From Gammaproteobacteria bacterium (GTDB taxonomy: Bacteria; Pseudomonadota; Gammaproteobacteria; Eutrophobiales; Eutrophobiaceae): a stretch of DNA of 64,000 nucleotides. Below the pieces are notes generated by a model. The model worked only from the letters and a program-made list of their open reading frames with translations, made no database searches and was not told the DNA's origin. The position numbers and the translations under genes were made by a program. Every line of letters begins with the position of its first letter. Positions within the stretch are counted from its first letter, which is position 1. Positions 41,438-51,076 of this stretch are shown in pieces. Where the stretch lies: assembly GCA_965116495.1 (NCBI GenBank), contig OZ220696.1:160001-224000 (forward strand). Direction: 5' to 3'.

Positions 41438-42400
41438 ATGCAGATTACACTCGCAAACCCGCGTGGTTTCTGTGCCGGCGTAGACCGGGCAATCGAGATT
41501 GTTGAACGAGCGCTGAGTTTATTCGGTATGCCGGTCTATGTCCGCCATGAAGTGGTCCATAATAAATACGTAGTCGAAACGCTGCGGGATAAAGGCGCGG
41601 TATTCGTGAATGAACTGGATGAGGTGCCGGATAATTCGGTGGTCATCTTCAGCGCCCACGGAGTTTCCAAGGCTGTGCGGGAAGAGGCCGCGCGCAGAAA
41701 ATTGCGGATCTTCGATGCGATCTGTCCACTGGTAACGAAAGTACACATGGAAGTAGGTCACTACCAGGACGAGGGCAGGGAATGTATCCTCATCGGCCAC
41801 GCAGGTCATCCTGAAGTGGAAGGCACCCTGGGTCAATACCGGCCCAAAAACGGTGATGGCGCCATGTACCTGGTTGAGTCGGTGGCTGATGTTAAGAAGA
41901 TGGAAGTAAAAAATCCTGAATTTCTAGCGTTTGTGACACAGACTACCCTGTCAGTCGATGACACCTCTGAAGTCATCGATGCCTTGCGGCGGCGCTTTCC
42001 GAAAATCGTCGGCCCGAAAAAAGAGGATATCTGCTATGCCACGCAAAACCGCCAGGACGCGGTCAAGAAGCTGACCGGCGATTGTGATTTGATCCTGGTC
42101 GTGGGTTCGCAAAACAGTTCCAATTCAACCCGCCTGATGGAGATTTCCCAGAAGAAAGGTGTCCCTGCCTACCTGATAGATAACGTCACGGAAATTCAGC
42201 GGGAATGGCTGCAAGGCAAGGCCAATATCGGTCTGACCGCGGGCGCCTCCGCGCCCGAAGTCCTGGTTGAAGAGGTTGTGGAAAAGCTGAAGAGCTGGGG
42301 CGTTGGCAGCGTGACGGAAGCGCCGGGGATACAGGAAAGCGTGGTGTTTTCATTGCCCCGGGAACTTTATCGAGGAGCAGCAAGAGAAGGGCGGGCCTGA
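41438..42400 (+). CDS. ispH: 4-hydroxy-3-methylbut-2-enyl diphosphate reductase
   Basis: [30 protein letters not shown]. Confidence 0.98.
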   Translation: MQITLANPRGFCAGVDRAIEIVERALSLFGMPVYVRHEVVHNKYVVETLRDKGAVFVNELDEVPDNSVVIFSAHGVSKAVREEAARRKLRIFDAICPLVTKVHMEVGHYQDEGRECILIGHAGHPEVEGTLGQYRPKNGDGAMYLVESVADVKKMEVKNPEFLAFVTQTTLSVDDTSEVIDALRRRFPKIVGPKKEDICYATQNRQDAVKKLTGDCDLILVVGSQNSSNSTRLMEISQKKGVPAYLIDNVTEIQREWLQGKANIGLTAGASAPEVLVEEVVEKLKSWGVGSVTEAPGIQESVVFSLPRELYRGAAREGRA

Positions 42401-42460
42401 CGGTCGCTGACATCAACCTGTCTATATAGTCCCTGGACTTTCCCGTCAGGTTTCTGAATA

Positions 42461-43363
42461 TCAGTTCTCCACGACAGGAACCGAGAGGATATATCTGACC
42501 ACTGCATGCAAGTCTTCCTGATCCATCAGGCCCGTGGAATTGTCAATCACATCGACCATGGCGCCGCCGGCATAATCGCCATCGGGTAATTCACCTTCTT
42601 CCAGGTAGAGTATTAACTCATCGTCGTCCCAGTCACCGATACCATCTGATTCCGATGATGTGATGTTGGGGACAGGGTCCCCATCAGGTCCGTCATCGGA
42701 ACCGGCCAGGAACAGTCGCGGACGAATTGCGCCGAGTAGATTCCTGGGTGTATGACACTCACCGCAATGGGTCAAGGCATTAACAATGTATGCCCCACGG
42801 TTGAGGCTCTCGTCATGTGCGGCATCGGGCTGGAAAATGCCGGGTTCGAAAAATAATGCCTGCCAGGCCGGCAACAACGCACGGTTGATATACCAGGGTG
42901 TTTCGTGCGGTTCGTTGCGGCGCTCGACCGGTGGCGTTGCCTGCAGGTAGTCGTACATGGCGCGCAGGTCGGAAAAATGGATCTGTGTGTAGGATGTATA
43001 GGGAAATGCAGGGTAATAGCGTGCTCCCGCGGGCGTAATGCCCAGGTGCATCGCCCGGGCGAAGTCCGCGAAACTCCAGCCGCCGATGCCGGTTTCCCTG
43101 TCCGATGTGATATTAGGGGCAATAAAATTGCCGAACGGGGTTTCCAGCTTCACGCCACCGGCCAGGTGGGCGCCGCCGTTGTCTGCATCCGTGTGACAAC
43201 TGACACAGCCGGCAATATTTACCAGGTATTCACCCCGATTTACATCGGTTTCAGATGGATTATCTCCCGAAACAGCCAGAGCAGGGAGCGGCTCCGGCCG
43301 AGACAACCACCAGAGCAAGACAAGCAGGATGATGCATAATAATGACAGTCTGGACCAGGACAC
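42461..43363 (-). CDS. Membrane-anchored diheme cytochrome c
   Basis: CVSCH and CGECH, YYPAFPYTSY, PNIT; start uncertain because the track start lies inside a REP-like repeat. Confidence 0.85.
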   Translation of the reverse strand: MSWSRLSLLCIILLVLLWWLSRPEPLPALAVSGDNPSETDVNRGEYLVNIAGCVSCHTDADNGGAHLAGGVKLETPFGNFIAPNITSDRETGIGGWSFADFARAMHLGITPAGARYYPAFPYTSYTQIHFSDLRAMYDYLQATPPVERRNEPHETPWYINRALLPAWQALFFEPGIFQPDAAHDESLNRGAYIVNALTHCGECHTPRNLLGAIRPRLFLAGSDDGPDGDPVPNITSSESDGIGDWDDDELILYLEEGELPDGDYAGGAMVDVIDNSTGLMDQEDLHAVVRYILSVPVVEN

Positions 43364-43435
43364 GGCTAATTGTAACGTTGCGGGTACGTCATTCAGGCAT
43401 AATCCCGGGATGCCGGCTTGCGCCGGCACGACAGG

Positions 43436-43882
43436 TTATTTCCTGAACGGTTTATGGCAGGCTTTACAGGTCTGCGTCAACTCGCCGAACCTGGTATCTA
43501 TTGCCCCGGCATCACCTGATTGAACGGCATCCAGGAGGGACTGTGCCGCCTGTTGACTTTCATTTGCGCGGGCTTCAAAGTCTGACCAGTTTTCCCAGAT
43601 CTCCGGTTTTGCATCGGTTTTTCCGGCTGATGTCCCCTCTGGAAATAGCAGGGCGATATCCCTGGTCAGCTTTGCCAGGGCGTCCGTGTGCATCTGCAGG
43701 TGTCCCGGCGCGTTGAAACGGCCGTCTTTAAGCCGCCGGATTGCCCCGGTATGGCCACCGATGGCGTTCATATAGTTCTGGCGGTATTGAATAGTCCCTT
43801 TTACGTCTACAGCCGTAGCCGCCTGTGGCAATACGCAGAATAATGCCGACAGATACAATATGGATAAGGTTTTATGGGTCAT
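43436..43882 (-). CDS. Cytochrome c' (class II)
   Basis: Signal peptide, RQNYM, AKPEIWENW, C-terminal CKACH. Confidence 0.9.
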   Translation of the reverse strand: MTHKTLSILYLSALFCVLPQAATAVDVKGTIQYRQNYMNAIGGHTGAIRRLKDGRFNAPGHLQMHTDALAKLTRDIALLFPEGTSAGKTDAKPEIWENWSDFEARANESQQAAQSLLDAVQSGDAGAIDTRFGELTQTCKACHKPFRK

Positions 43883-45987
43883 TGCGTGATTCCTCCGGTG
43901 CGTTCTGTTATTCCGGCAGTTTTTGCCGCTCCGGGATATCTGCCTGCTACCTGTCGCGCCGGTGTGACAAGGTCAAACAAAATCCTGGCAGTTTCATCGA
44001 GTAACGGATCGACATCTTCCAGTTCGTCGTCAATTTCAAGGTCAGTGGCATCGGCAGGTACCGGCTCCAATCCTGCCGCAACGCGATATTCATTGTGCAG
44101 CTCTGTTGATGCGAGCCGGCGCTTTTCGCGCTCCGCCTTGCGTTTGACCTCCTGCAAACTGACGGTTTTTAAATTATCGACCACTTGCACCGCTTCAATC
44201 TCCCTGAGCATAAGTTTTATTAAGCGGTTGTTTTTTATGCGTTTCTCATGAAGTTCCCTGGCCCTGGCAAAACTCTCTACAGGTGCGCTGGTTGCTGTGA
44301 AATGGACCGGTTTGACCTCAGCCCAGGGCAGGGCGTTGTCCAGCACCCGTTCACCGTAGTCCTTGTCATAGAGGGCGGTGGGGAAAATGATATCCGGGGT
44401 TACTCCACGGTGTTGATTACTGCCGCCGCTGATACGGAAAAACTGTGCAATCGTAGCTTTCAGCCGGCCATGGTCCTCATCCGAGGCTTCGGTAAAATGA
44501 TTTAAATCAATGATGTTCTGTACGGTGCCTTTGCCGAAAGTAGGTTCGCCGATGATGATCCCGCGCCGGTAGTCCTGGATTGCCCCGGCAAAAATCTCGG
44601 AAGCCGATGCGCTGTTGCGGTTCACCAGTACGGCCAATGGGCCGCCATAAGTGATATCCGGGTCGGGATCGTTGTTGACCTCGATCTTGCCGGAGTAGTC
44701 CCTGGTCTGAACGATAGGGCCGGCTTCTATGAACAGGCCGGTCAATTCCAGCGATTCGCTCAACGAACCACCGCCGTTACCGCGCAGGTCTATAATCAGG
44801 CCGTCCAGGTTTTTATCCTTTAACCCGGAAAGTAAACGCCTTACGTCCCGGGTCGTGCTGCGATAGTCCTTTTCTCCTTTCGCCTGTGCCGGGAAATCGC
44901 TGTAAAAGGCGGGTACGTCTATAACGCCGATCACTCCGCCATTTTCCAATCGGATAACCTGTGATTTGGCTGCCTGCTCTTCCAGCCTGATTTCATCCCG
45001 GGTGATGGAGATGACTTTACCGGCGCTTTCAAAGCCGGTTTTATCGGACAGAATTTCCAACCTGACTACAGAGCCTTTCGGGCCCCGTATCATATCAACC
45101 ACGTCATCCAGACGCCAGCCCACCACGTCCATTATCTTGCCGTGGATGCCTTGTCCGACACCGATGACCTTATCTTCCGCGTGCAGTTGCCCGCCGAGTT
45201 CGGCCGGTCCTCCGGGGATAATTTTCTGCACCACCGTGTAATCGTGCTCCGCCCGCAGGACCGCGCCGATTCCCTCCAGGGAAAGGCTCATGGTGATGTC
45301 GAAGTTTTCCGATGAACGCGGGGTAAAATAGAAAGTATGGGGTTCTATCACGACTGTATAGGCATTGATGAACGACTGGAACACGTCATTGGAATTCAAC
45401 TGGAATGTACCGGTTTTAAAGCGTGAATAGCGCTTGTGCAGTATTTCCTGTATCTCATCGGCATCCTTGTCCGCAAGTCGCAACATCAGGTAATCGTTTT
45501 TTACCTTCTTCCTCCAGATTTCGTTCAATTCTCCTTCAGTCTGCGCCCAGTCATTTTCCTGCCTGTCAAACATATAGACTTCATCGATGTTGAAATCAAA
45601 ACCGGTTTCAAGCAATTCCTGTGCATAGGCGGACCGTTCGGCAACCCGCTGGCGGTAAATCCTGAAGATTGCATAGGCGGGGCCAAGGTCCGGTTCTTCA
45701 AGCGCGTCGTCCAGCAGGTAGCGATAACGCTCAAAGGATGTTATATCCTGTTTCAGAAAAAAACTGCGATTCCCATCCAGGCTGTCCAGGTAGGAATCCA
45801 GTATCTGGCTGGATAAACCGTCATCCAGTTGTTTTTTCCGGTAATGGTACTTATTTATGATATGGGTGATGATTACCGTCGCACGCTCGTGGCGTTCCTC
45901 AGCCTGAAGCTCTTCGTCGATAACAAGCGGGGTCGCGCCGGCACTTGCCGCCAGCGCCATGAACAGCACCAGGGCTATTCTATTCAT
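43879..45987 (-). CDS. prc: Carboxy-terminal processing (tail-specific) protease
   Basis: PDZ (LEGIGA), DLRGNGGG, SASASEI, TFGKGTVQ. Confidence 0.93.
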   Translation of the reverse strand: MNRIALVLFMALAASAGATPLVIDEELQAEERHERATVIITHIINKYHYRKKQLDDGLSSQILDSYLDSLDGNRSFFLKQDITSFERYRYLLDDALEEPDLGPAYAIFRIYRQRVAERSAYAQELLETGFDFNIDEVYMFDRQENDWAQTEGELNEIWRKKVKNDYLMLRLADKDADEIQEILHKRYSRFKTGTFQLNSNDVFQSFINAYTVVIEPHTFYFTPRSSENFDITMSLSLEGIGAVLRAEHDYTVVQKIIPGGPAELGGQLHAEDKVIGVGQGIHGKIMDVVGWRLDDVVDMIRGPKGSVVRLEILSDKTGFESAGKVISITRDEIRLEEQAAKSQVIRLENGGVIGVIDVPAFYSDFPAQAKGEKDYRSTTRDVRRLLSGLKDKNLDGLIIDLRGNGGGSLSESLELTGLFIEAGPIVQTRDYSGKIEVNNDPDPDITYGGPLAVLVNRNSASASEIFAGAIQDYRRGIIIGEPTFGKGTVQNIIDLNHFTEASDEDHGRLKATIAQFFRISGGSNQHRGVTPDIIFPTALYDKDYGERVLDNALPWAEVKPVHFTATSAPVESFARARELHEKRIKNNRLIKLMLREIEAVQVVDNLKTVSLQEVKRKAEREKRRLASTELHNEYRVAAGLEPVPADATDLEIDDELEDVDPLLDETARILFDLVTPARQVAGRYPGAAKTAGITERTGGITQ

Positions 45988-46450
45988 TATTTTCCCGGCC
46001 GGCATATTGTAGCTGTTCCATTCGTTGCTTCAGATGATTCGCTTCCCGCCTGTTTCCACCCAGGAATACGGGCGCCGTCTCCAGGTAGTCAATCAGGTCG
46101 CGCAAGGCCTCCCGGTTGTTCACGTCCAGGTCGACAGCCTTGCGGAATTGTTTCAAGGTCTTTTTCGCATAAGACATGGCCTTGAACCAGTCGACGTTTT
46201 CAGCGATACGCCCATAACATTTTCCCAGCCAGTGGTGCAGGAATGAAGTATCCGGCGCCGACTGCAGGGCGCGCTTGAAATTCCTGACGGCCTCCTTGTA
46301 ATGGCCTCTCTCATACGCGGCGATTCCTGCGTTGACCGGGTCATCAGTATTGCCGGCGGCCAGGCCGGCGGAACTGTTGAAGCCCAGGATCAACACGGCC
46401 AGCGTGCACATAATGCGGGACCTACATGCTGTCAGCAGGGGATTGTACAT
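45980..46450 (-). CDS. Secreted TPR-repeat protein
   Basis: Signal-like N-terminus, TPR helices (GHYKEAVRNFKRAL..HHWLGKCYG). Confidence 0.75.
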   Translation of the reverse strand: MYNPLLTACRSRIMCTLAVLILGFNSSAGLAAGNTDDPVNAGIAAYERGHYKEAVRNFKRALQSAPDTSFLHHWLGKCYGRIAENVDWFKAMSYAKKTLKQFRKAVDLDVNNREALRDLIDYLETAPVFLGGNRREANHLKQRMEQLQYAGRENNE

Positions 46451-46468
46451 TCTCAAGTATAGCCGGAG

Positions 46469-46563
46469 TAATGGGGTCAGGTCGCACAATGCACACGCAG
46501 AGATATTGTTGAACTTTATACTTATCTTTGTTTGCGTGTGCATTGTGCGACCTGACCCCATTA
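46469..46563. repeat. MITE/REPIN-like element, copy 3
   Basis: 31-bp perfect inverted arms 46469-46499 / 46533-46563. Confidence 0.88.
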
Positions 46564-47235
46564 ATGTACCGCGATTAATTCGACCTCAAAAATCAGGGTT
46601 TCATCCGGTCCGATAGCTCCCTGTCCCTCGGGGCCGTAGGCAAGTTCCGACGGGATATACAGTTGCCACTTCGCGCCTGTTTTCATCAGGGGCAATGCCT
46701 GCTGCCAGCCCACAATGACACGGTTAAGGGCCAGCGTTGCAGGCTGGTTACGCTGGTAGGAACTATCGAACTCGTTACCGTTAAGCAGCGTGCCCCGGTA
46801 ATGAACGGTCACTTCGCTGTCGGGTCCCGGATTTGCCCCGGTCCCGGGCCGCAGGATTTTATATTGCAGGCCGTTATCCAGCTCTACCACGCCTTCTTTC
46901 GCCCTGTTTTGTTCCAGAAACTTTTTTCCGGCCTGATCGTTCGCAGTAGCTTGCCTGGTCCTTTTTTCCTGTTCCTGCTGCTGGAACGTTGCAAAGATGG
47001 TCTGTATTTCTTCGACGGACAGTTTCGGTTGATCTTTATTCAGTATGTCAGATACCGCGGCCATGAAGTGTTCCACATCCATGTTGATATCCTGCTGCGA
47101 TACGCTCTGGGCAAAAAATACACCCAGGGCATAACTTAGTTTCTGTTTTTCCGTCATGTCCTGTTCATCACCAAAAACCGGCAGAACAAAAACAAAAAAT
47201 ACTGATAAAGCAATGTATAAAATATATCTATTCAT
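46561..47235 (-). CDS. FKBP-type peptidyl-prolyl isomerase (Mip/FkpA-like)
   Basis: SYALG, GLQY, VHYRGTL, FDSS, VIVGW, LAYG, LIFEVEL. Confidence 0.93.
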   Translation of the reverse strand: MNRYILYIALSVFFVFVLPVFGDEQDMTEKQKLSYALGVFFAQSVSQQDINMDVEHFMAAVSDILNKDQPKLSVEEIQTIFATFQQQEQEKRTRQATANDQAGKKFLEQNRAKEGVVELDNGLQYKILRPGTGANPGPDSEVTVHYRGTLLNGNEFDSSYQRNQPATLALNRVIVGWQQALPLMKTGAKWQLYIPSELAYGPEGQGAIGPDETLIFEVELIAVH

Positions 47236-47425
47236 GTAAATTCTCAGATTACGGGGCCGTATCCCGGATATTACATCTTTACACGTAACGTCATAAATCC
47301 CGTTACTCTCTGGATTCCTGCATTCGCAGAAATGACGAATCATGATGCGGCATTATTTATGTCGTTGTGTATAGTTTGCGTTGGGAATTATATACGATAG
47401 TGCCGACGGGATAGTGCTGACAGGG

Positions 47426-47761
47426 TTATTCATTGCCTTTTGCGGAGCTTGCGATTGTTGATAGCATTCGATCAAAAAGCTGAACCACTTCTTCCATTCC
47501 CAGTTTTTTTGCCACCAACACAAACCCCACCAATTGCAGCAATCCTATTATTAGCGGCCCCATAAAAGACTGCATAGACATGAAGAAGCATACATTCAGC
47601 AGTATTGTGGTAACCAGAATCCATATAAAACGTTCTTCTTTCCTTCCGTCCCTTTCCTTTTCTAGAGCATCTTCAAGTCTGGCTGTCGTCTTGTCATGCA
47701 GTGCTTGTTCCTGCAAGTCACCCGCTAGATCAAGGTTGTCATCATTTGTGTTTTCCTTCAT
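47426..47761 (-). CDS. Small two-TM membrane protein, putative toxin partner of the Panacea antitoxin
   Basis: Charged N-terminus, two hydrophobic helices; overlaps the antitoxin 3' end by 20 bp. Confidence 0.6.
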   Translation of the reverse strand: MKENTNDDNLDLAGDLQEQALHDKTTARLEDALEKERDGRKEERFIWILVTTILLNVCFFMSMQSFMGPLIIGLLQLVGFVLVAKKLGMEEVVQLFDRMLSTIASSAKGNE

Positions 47762-48206
47762 TTCTCAGGCTCCTGCGCTCGCGGTATTCTTCAAGAATAT
47801 CTTCATTAGGTATTTCTATTCCCCTGACTCCTGGAACATAGTGTTTAGCCCAAGCACCACCTTCCCTGTGTGTTGTCGCGATAAGTTGAGCGCTGGAAAT
47901 AGCCGATAATTGTTTAGCTGCTGCATCTAGAATCTTCTTCTCTGTTCCTTCCTTTTCAAGATTATCAATAGAATGAAATATATTGCCGACAGGGTCTGCC
48001 CCGAATACCTTTGCGTGATGATAAAGGTCTGGATACACAGGGCCGTAGTCCCAAGCCTCAAAAAGACCATGAACAAGAGGACTATCGTAATTGCCCAAAT
48101 GATACATATGAGCTATATATAGTATCTTCTGCATTTTCAGGTTTGAAAGAGACCAGCCAGCCTGCTTGCCGAGATGTTTAGCAGCTTCTGATATAGAGAT
48201 AGCCAT
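47742..48206 (-). CDS. Panacea/SocA (DUF4065, GepA-like) antitoxin
   Basis: SNLKMQKILY, FEAWDYGPV, TH..G.AW motifs. Confidence 0.88.
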   Translation of the reverse strand: MAISISEAAKHLGKQAGWSLSNLKMQKILYIAHMYHLGNYDSPLVHGLFEAWDYGPVYPDLYHHAKVFGADPVGNIFHSIDNLEKEGTEKKILDAAAKQLSAISSAQLIATTHREGGAWAKHYVPGVRGIEIPNEDILEEYRERRSLRNEGKHK

Positions 48207-48360
48207 GATTAGCAAAATTGCTCAATGGTTAATATAATCTTCTCTCTGTCTGTCATTGCAGCTTCCTCATTTGTAATGGGCAATAGTCTGCAATTATCAC
48301 TCGCAGCACGGAAATTATACAAACTTTTGAAAACAACAGTAAAATAATTGAAAATAAACC

Positions 48361-48389
48361 TTGACATTTTCGGCACTATTCTGTAAAAT
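48361..48389 (+). promoter_or_regulatory. Sigma70 promoter of the transposase/R-M transcript with an embedded TIR-like site
   Basis: TTGACA (48361-48366), 17-bp spacer, TAAAAT (48384-48389); the spacer contains TTCGGCACTAT, identical to 51349-51359. Confidence 0.7.
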
Positions 48390-48414
48390 ATCTCTAAACA
48401 CTGGAGATACTGAC

Positions 48415-49374
48415 ACGGTACACAACGCACCCGGCAAACACTTTCGTAAAGGCATATCCTTACAGGACATTTTCAAGATGTTCCCGGACAGCGCCACAGC
48501 CGAAGCCTGGTTTGCACAACGCCGTTGGAATGGGACACCGGCCTGCCCACATTGTGGATCGGAAAACGTCCAATCCGGAGCCAAGCACAAGACCATGCCG
48601 TACCGTTGCCGTGAAAAGGAATGCGCCAAGCGGTTCAGCGTCAAGACGGGAACCGTGATGCAAAACTCCAACCTGGATTATCAGGTCTGGGCGATTGCCA
48701 TTTACCTGATGGTCACCAACATCAAGGGCGTATCCAGTATGAAGCTGCACCGGGATTTGAGCATTACACAAAAATCAGCCTGGCACCTGGCGCACCGGCT
48801 GCGTACCTCCTGGAAAGCCAATAGCGCCCAGTTTGCCGGGCCGGTGGAAGTCGATGAAACCTACATCGGTGGGAAGGAAGGGAACAAGCACGCCAGCAAA
48901 AAGACCAACGCAGGCCGGGGGACGGTAGGCAAGACGGCTGTAGTAGGCGGTAAGGACAGGGAGACAAACCAGGTTGTCGCCGGTAGCGTGAAGAAAACGG
49001 ACAAGGAAACACTGCATGGCTTCGTTCAGGCCATATCCGATCAGGATGCACGGGTTACACCGATGATGCAACGGCCTACACAGGGCTGCCCAGGGCGCAT
49101 GAGAGCGTCAAGCACAGCGTCAATGAGTTTGTGAAGGGACAAGCCCATACCAACGGGATTGAGAGCTTCCGGGCGCTGTTAAAGCGGGGCTATCATGGGA
49201 TTTATCATCATATGTCAGAGAAGCACCTGGACAGGTACGTAGGGGAGTTTTCGGGCCAGCATAACATCCGGGGACAGGATACCATCAACCAGATCGCCAG
49301 TATCTCCAAAGGCATGGAGCATATCCAAAGGCATGGAGCATAAGCGGCTTCGGTATCAGGACTTGATCGCGTAG
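48415..49374 (+). pseudogene. IS1595-family DDE transposase pseudogene
   Basis: Zinc ribbon CPHCGS..YRCREKEC, VEVDETY, HTNGIESF. Lesions: ACG at the expected start behind GGAG, 1-nt deletion near 49055 (VYTDD motif), W>R in ESFW, 19-bp tandem duplication 49305-49342. Confidence 0.9.
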
Positions 49375-49386
49375 GCTGGGGGCGAC

Positions 49387-50268
49387 ATGGCAAAAACAGA
49401 AATGCGCGCCTTTGGCACGTCGGACCGTACCGGTCATGACTCAAGCGGGTTCTATAAGCGCAAGATGTATAAACAAGATCGCGATGCTCCAGGTGCTGAT
49501 GATGCGCAGGAAATCGAATGCGATGAGGATACAACCAATCGTATCTACAATCATTCAAGTGCTGACATGAGCCAACTGCCGGATAATTCTGTGCATCTGA
49601 TGGTGACTTCTCCACCCTACAATGTCGGCAAGGAATATGACGATGACCTGACAGACGACGAGTATTCAGAGCTTTTAATATCGGTGTGGTCTGAAGTTTA
49701 CCGTGTGCTGGTTCCCGGCGGCAGAGCGTGTGTAAATATAGCAAACCTCGGGCGCAAACCCTACCTTCCGATTAACGCCATGATCTCGCAACAAATGAAT
49801 GATATTGGGTACCTGATGCGCGGAGAAATTATTTGGGACAAGTCGGCAAGCGCAGGTACTTCATGTGCATGGGGAAGCTGGAAATCAGCATCAAACCCGG
49901 TCCTGAGGGATATACACGAATACATACTTGTTTTCTCAAAGGGAAGATATAACCGCCCTTCAAAAGATAAAACATCCACAATATCAAACAGTGAGTTTCT
50001 TGACTTCACAAAAAGTATATGGACATTTCCATCTGAATCGGCAAAGCGAGTTAAGCATCCTGCGCCCTTTCCGGTAGAGTTGCCCAGAAGACTTATTCAG
50101 CTATACACCTACTCTGGAGATATAGTTCTTGATCCGTTCATGGGATCGGGGACAACTGCAGTGGCCGCTAGTAAATCAGGCAGGCGCTATGTTGGTTATG
50201 ACACCTCATCGGAATATGTAAAGATCGCAGAAGACAGACTGGCCCAAGATGAACTCCTGCTTGTATGA
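49387..50268 (+). CDS. Beta-class amino-DNA methyltransferase (probably N4-cytosine)
   Basis: TSPPY catalytic motif precedes HPAPFP and DPFMGSGTT. Confidence 0.93.
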   Translation: MAKTEMRAFGTSDRTGHDSSGFYKRKMYKQDRDAPGADDAQEIECDEDTTNRIYNHSSADMSQLPDNSVHLMVTSPPYNVGKEYDDDLTDDEYSELLISVWSEVYRVLVPGGRACVNIANLGRKPYLPINAMISQQMNDIGYLMRGEIIWDKSASAGTSCAWGSWKSASNPVLRDIHEYILVFSKGRYNRPSKDKTSTISNSEFLDFTKSIWTFPSESAKRVKHPAPFPVELPRRLIQLYTYSGDIVLDPFMGSGTTAVAASKSGRRYVGYDTSSEYVKIAEDRLAQDELLLV

Positions 50269-50890
50269 TCTTTTCCAGATAAGAGAAAAACGCCACAGGT
50301 TCGCAATAGGGCTACCTACGGCATTTGATATGGTTCAACAACGAATGCCGAAAGGGAATCCGGCTGTAGGCATTCTTCGCGAACATGTCATCATCGGCTT
50401 TTTTGTCGATGAGTTTGGAGAAAACAAAGTGAGTACGCCGGGACGAGGCAACGAGCGAAGCTACGATGTGATTCTCTGTGGACAGGAATTATCGGTTAAA
50501 ACTCGAACGGGGGAAGGCGGAGTCAAAATACTGTGGACAGTGGACACGGCTCAAGTTGAGCATGAAATCAACGAGGGCTACAAGCCGGAACACGACCTCC
50601 TTCTTGTCAACATATTCTGGGGTGTGAAAAAGGACAGTGTGTTTTATATTCCGCTATCCGCCCAAAAGTCAATATTGGCCAGCATTGGAAGAGAAAAATA
50701 CCTGTCATCCGCCACAGGAACGAATAATAGGGGAATTGAGATACGAGGGAAGGCAATATCAGCACTTAAATCACATTCGGACAGTTATAGATTTCCGGTA
50801 AACTGGGTGACTGCGAATATCAACTATCCGGATCCGTGGCAGGAATGGACGGATTATTGGAGACAGGGCGAATACCTAACAGACAATTAA
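50249..50890 (+). CDS. Type II restriction endonuclease, ThaI-like
   Basis: VGILRE, D-V..SVKT (PD-SxK), GVKILWTVD, FYIPL..Q, GTNNRGIEI and C-terminal W..YW resemble the ThaI family as recalled; overlaps the MTase by 20 bp. Confidence 0.75.
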   Translation: MNSCLYDLFQIREKRHRFAIGLPTAFDMVQQRMPKGNPAVGILREHVIIGFFVDEFGENKVSTPGRGNERSYDVILCGQELSVKTRTGEGGVKILWTVDTAQVEHEINEGYKPEHDLLLVNIFWGVKKDSVFYIPLSAQKSILASIGREKYLSSATGTNNRGIEIRGKAISALKSHSDSYRFPVNWVTANINYPDPWQEWTDYWRQGEYLTDN

Positions 50891-50902
50891 GAGGAGACAG
50901 AA

Positions 50903-51076
50903 ATGGCAAAACCGAAACGCAAGACGCTGTATCTCAAGCCGCCGGACTACCAGCCCAGCAAGGCCGAGTTGGAAGAACCTGTCAAGCTGGATGTTCCCGG
51001 CAAGACTACGCGGGAGAAAATGGACAAGCTGGCTGATGCTGTTGTTCAGCCTGTGAATACGCTATACCGTGACTGA
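50903..51076 (+). CDS. Small 57-aa protein inside the IS
   Basis: GAGGAG RBS; own translation MAKPKRKTLYLKPPDYQPSKAELEEPVKLDVPGKTTREKMDKLADAVVQPVNTLYRD; below the ORF-track cutoff. Confidence 0.65.
   Translation: MAKPKRKTLYLKPPDYQPSKAELEEPVKLDVPGKTTREKMDKLADAVVQPVNTLYRD

Noticed and set aside
42461-43882. Cytochrome c' plus diheme cytochrome c pair as a novel system
   Set aside because: This gene pair is common in Proteobacteria.
49040-49070. Programmed -1 frameshift in the transposase
   Set aside because: No slippery heptamer at the site, and several independent lesions indicate a pseudogene.
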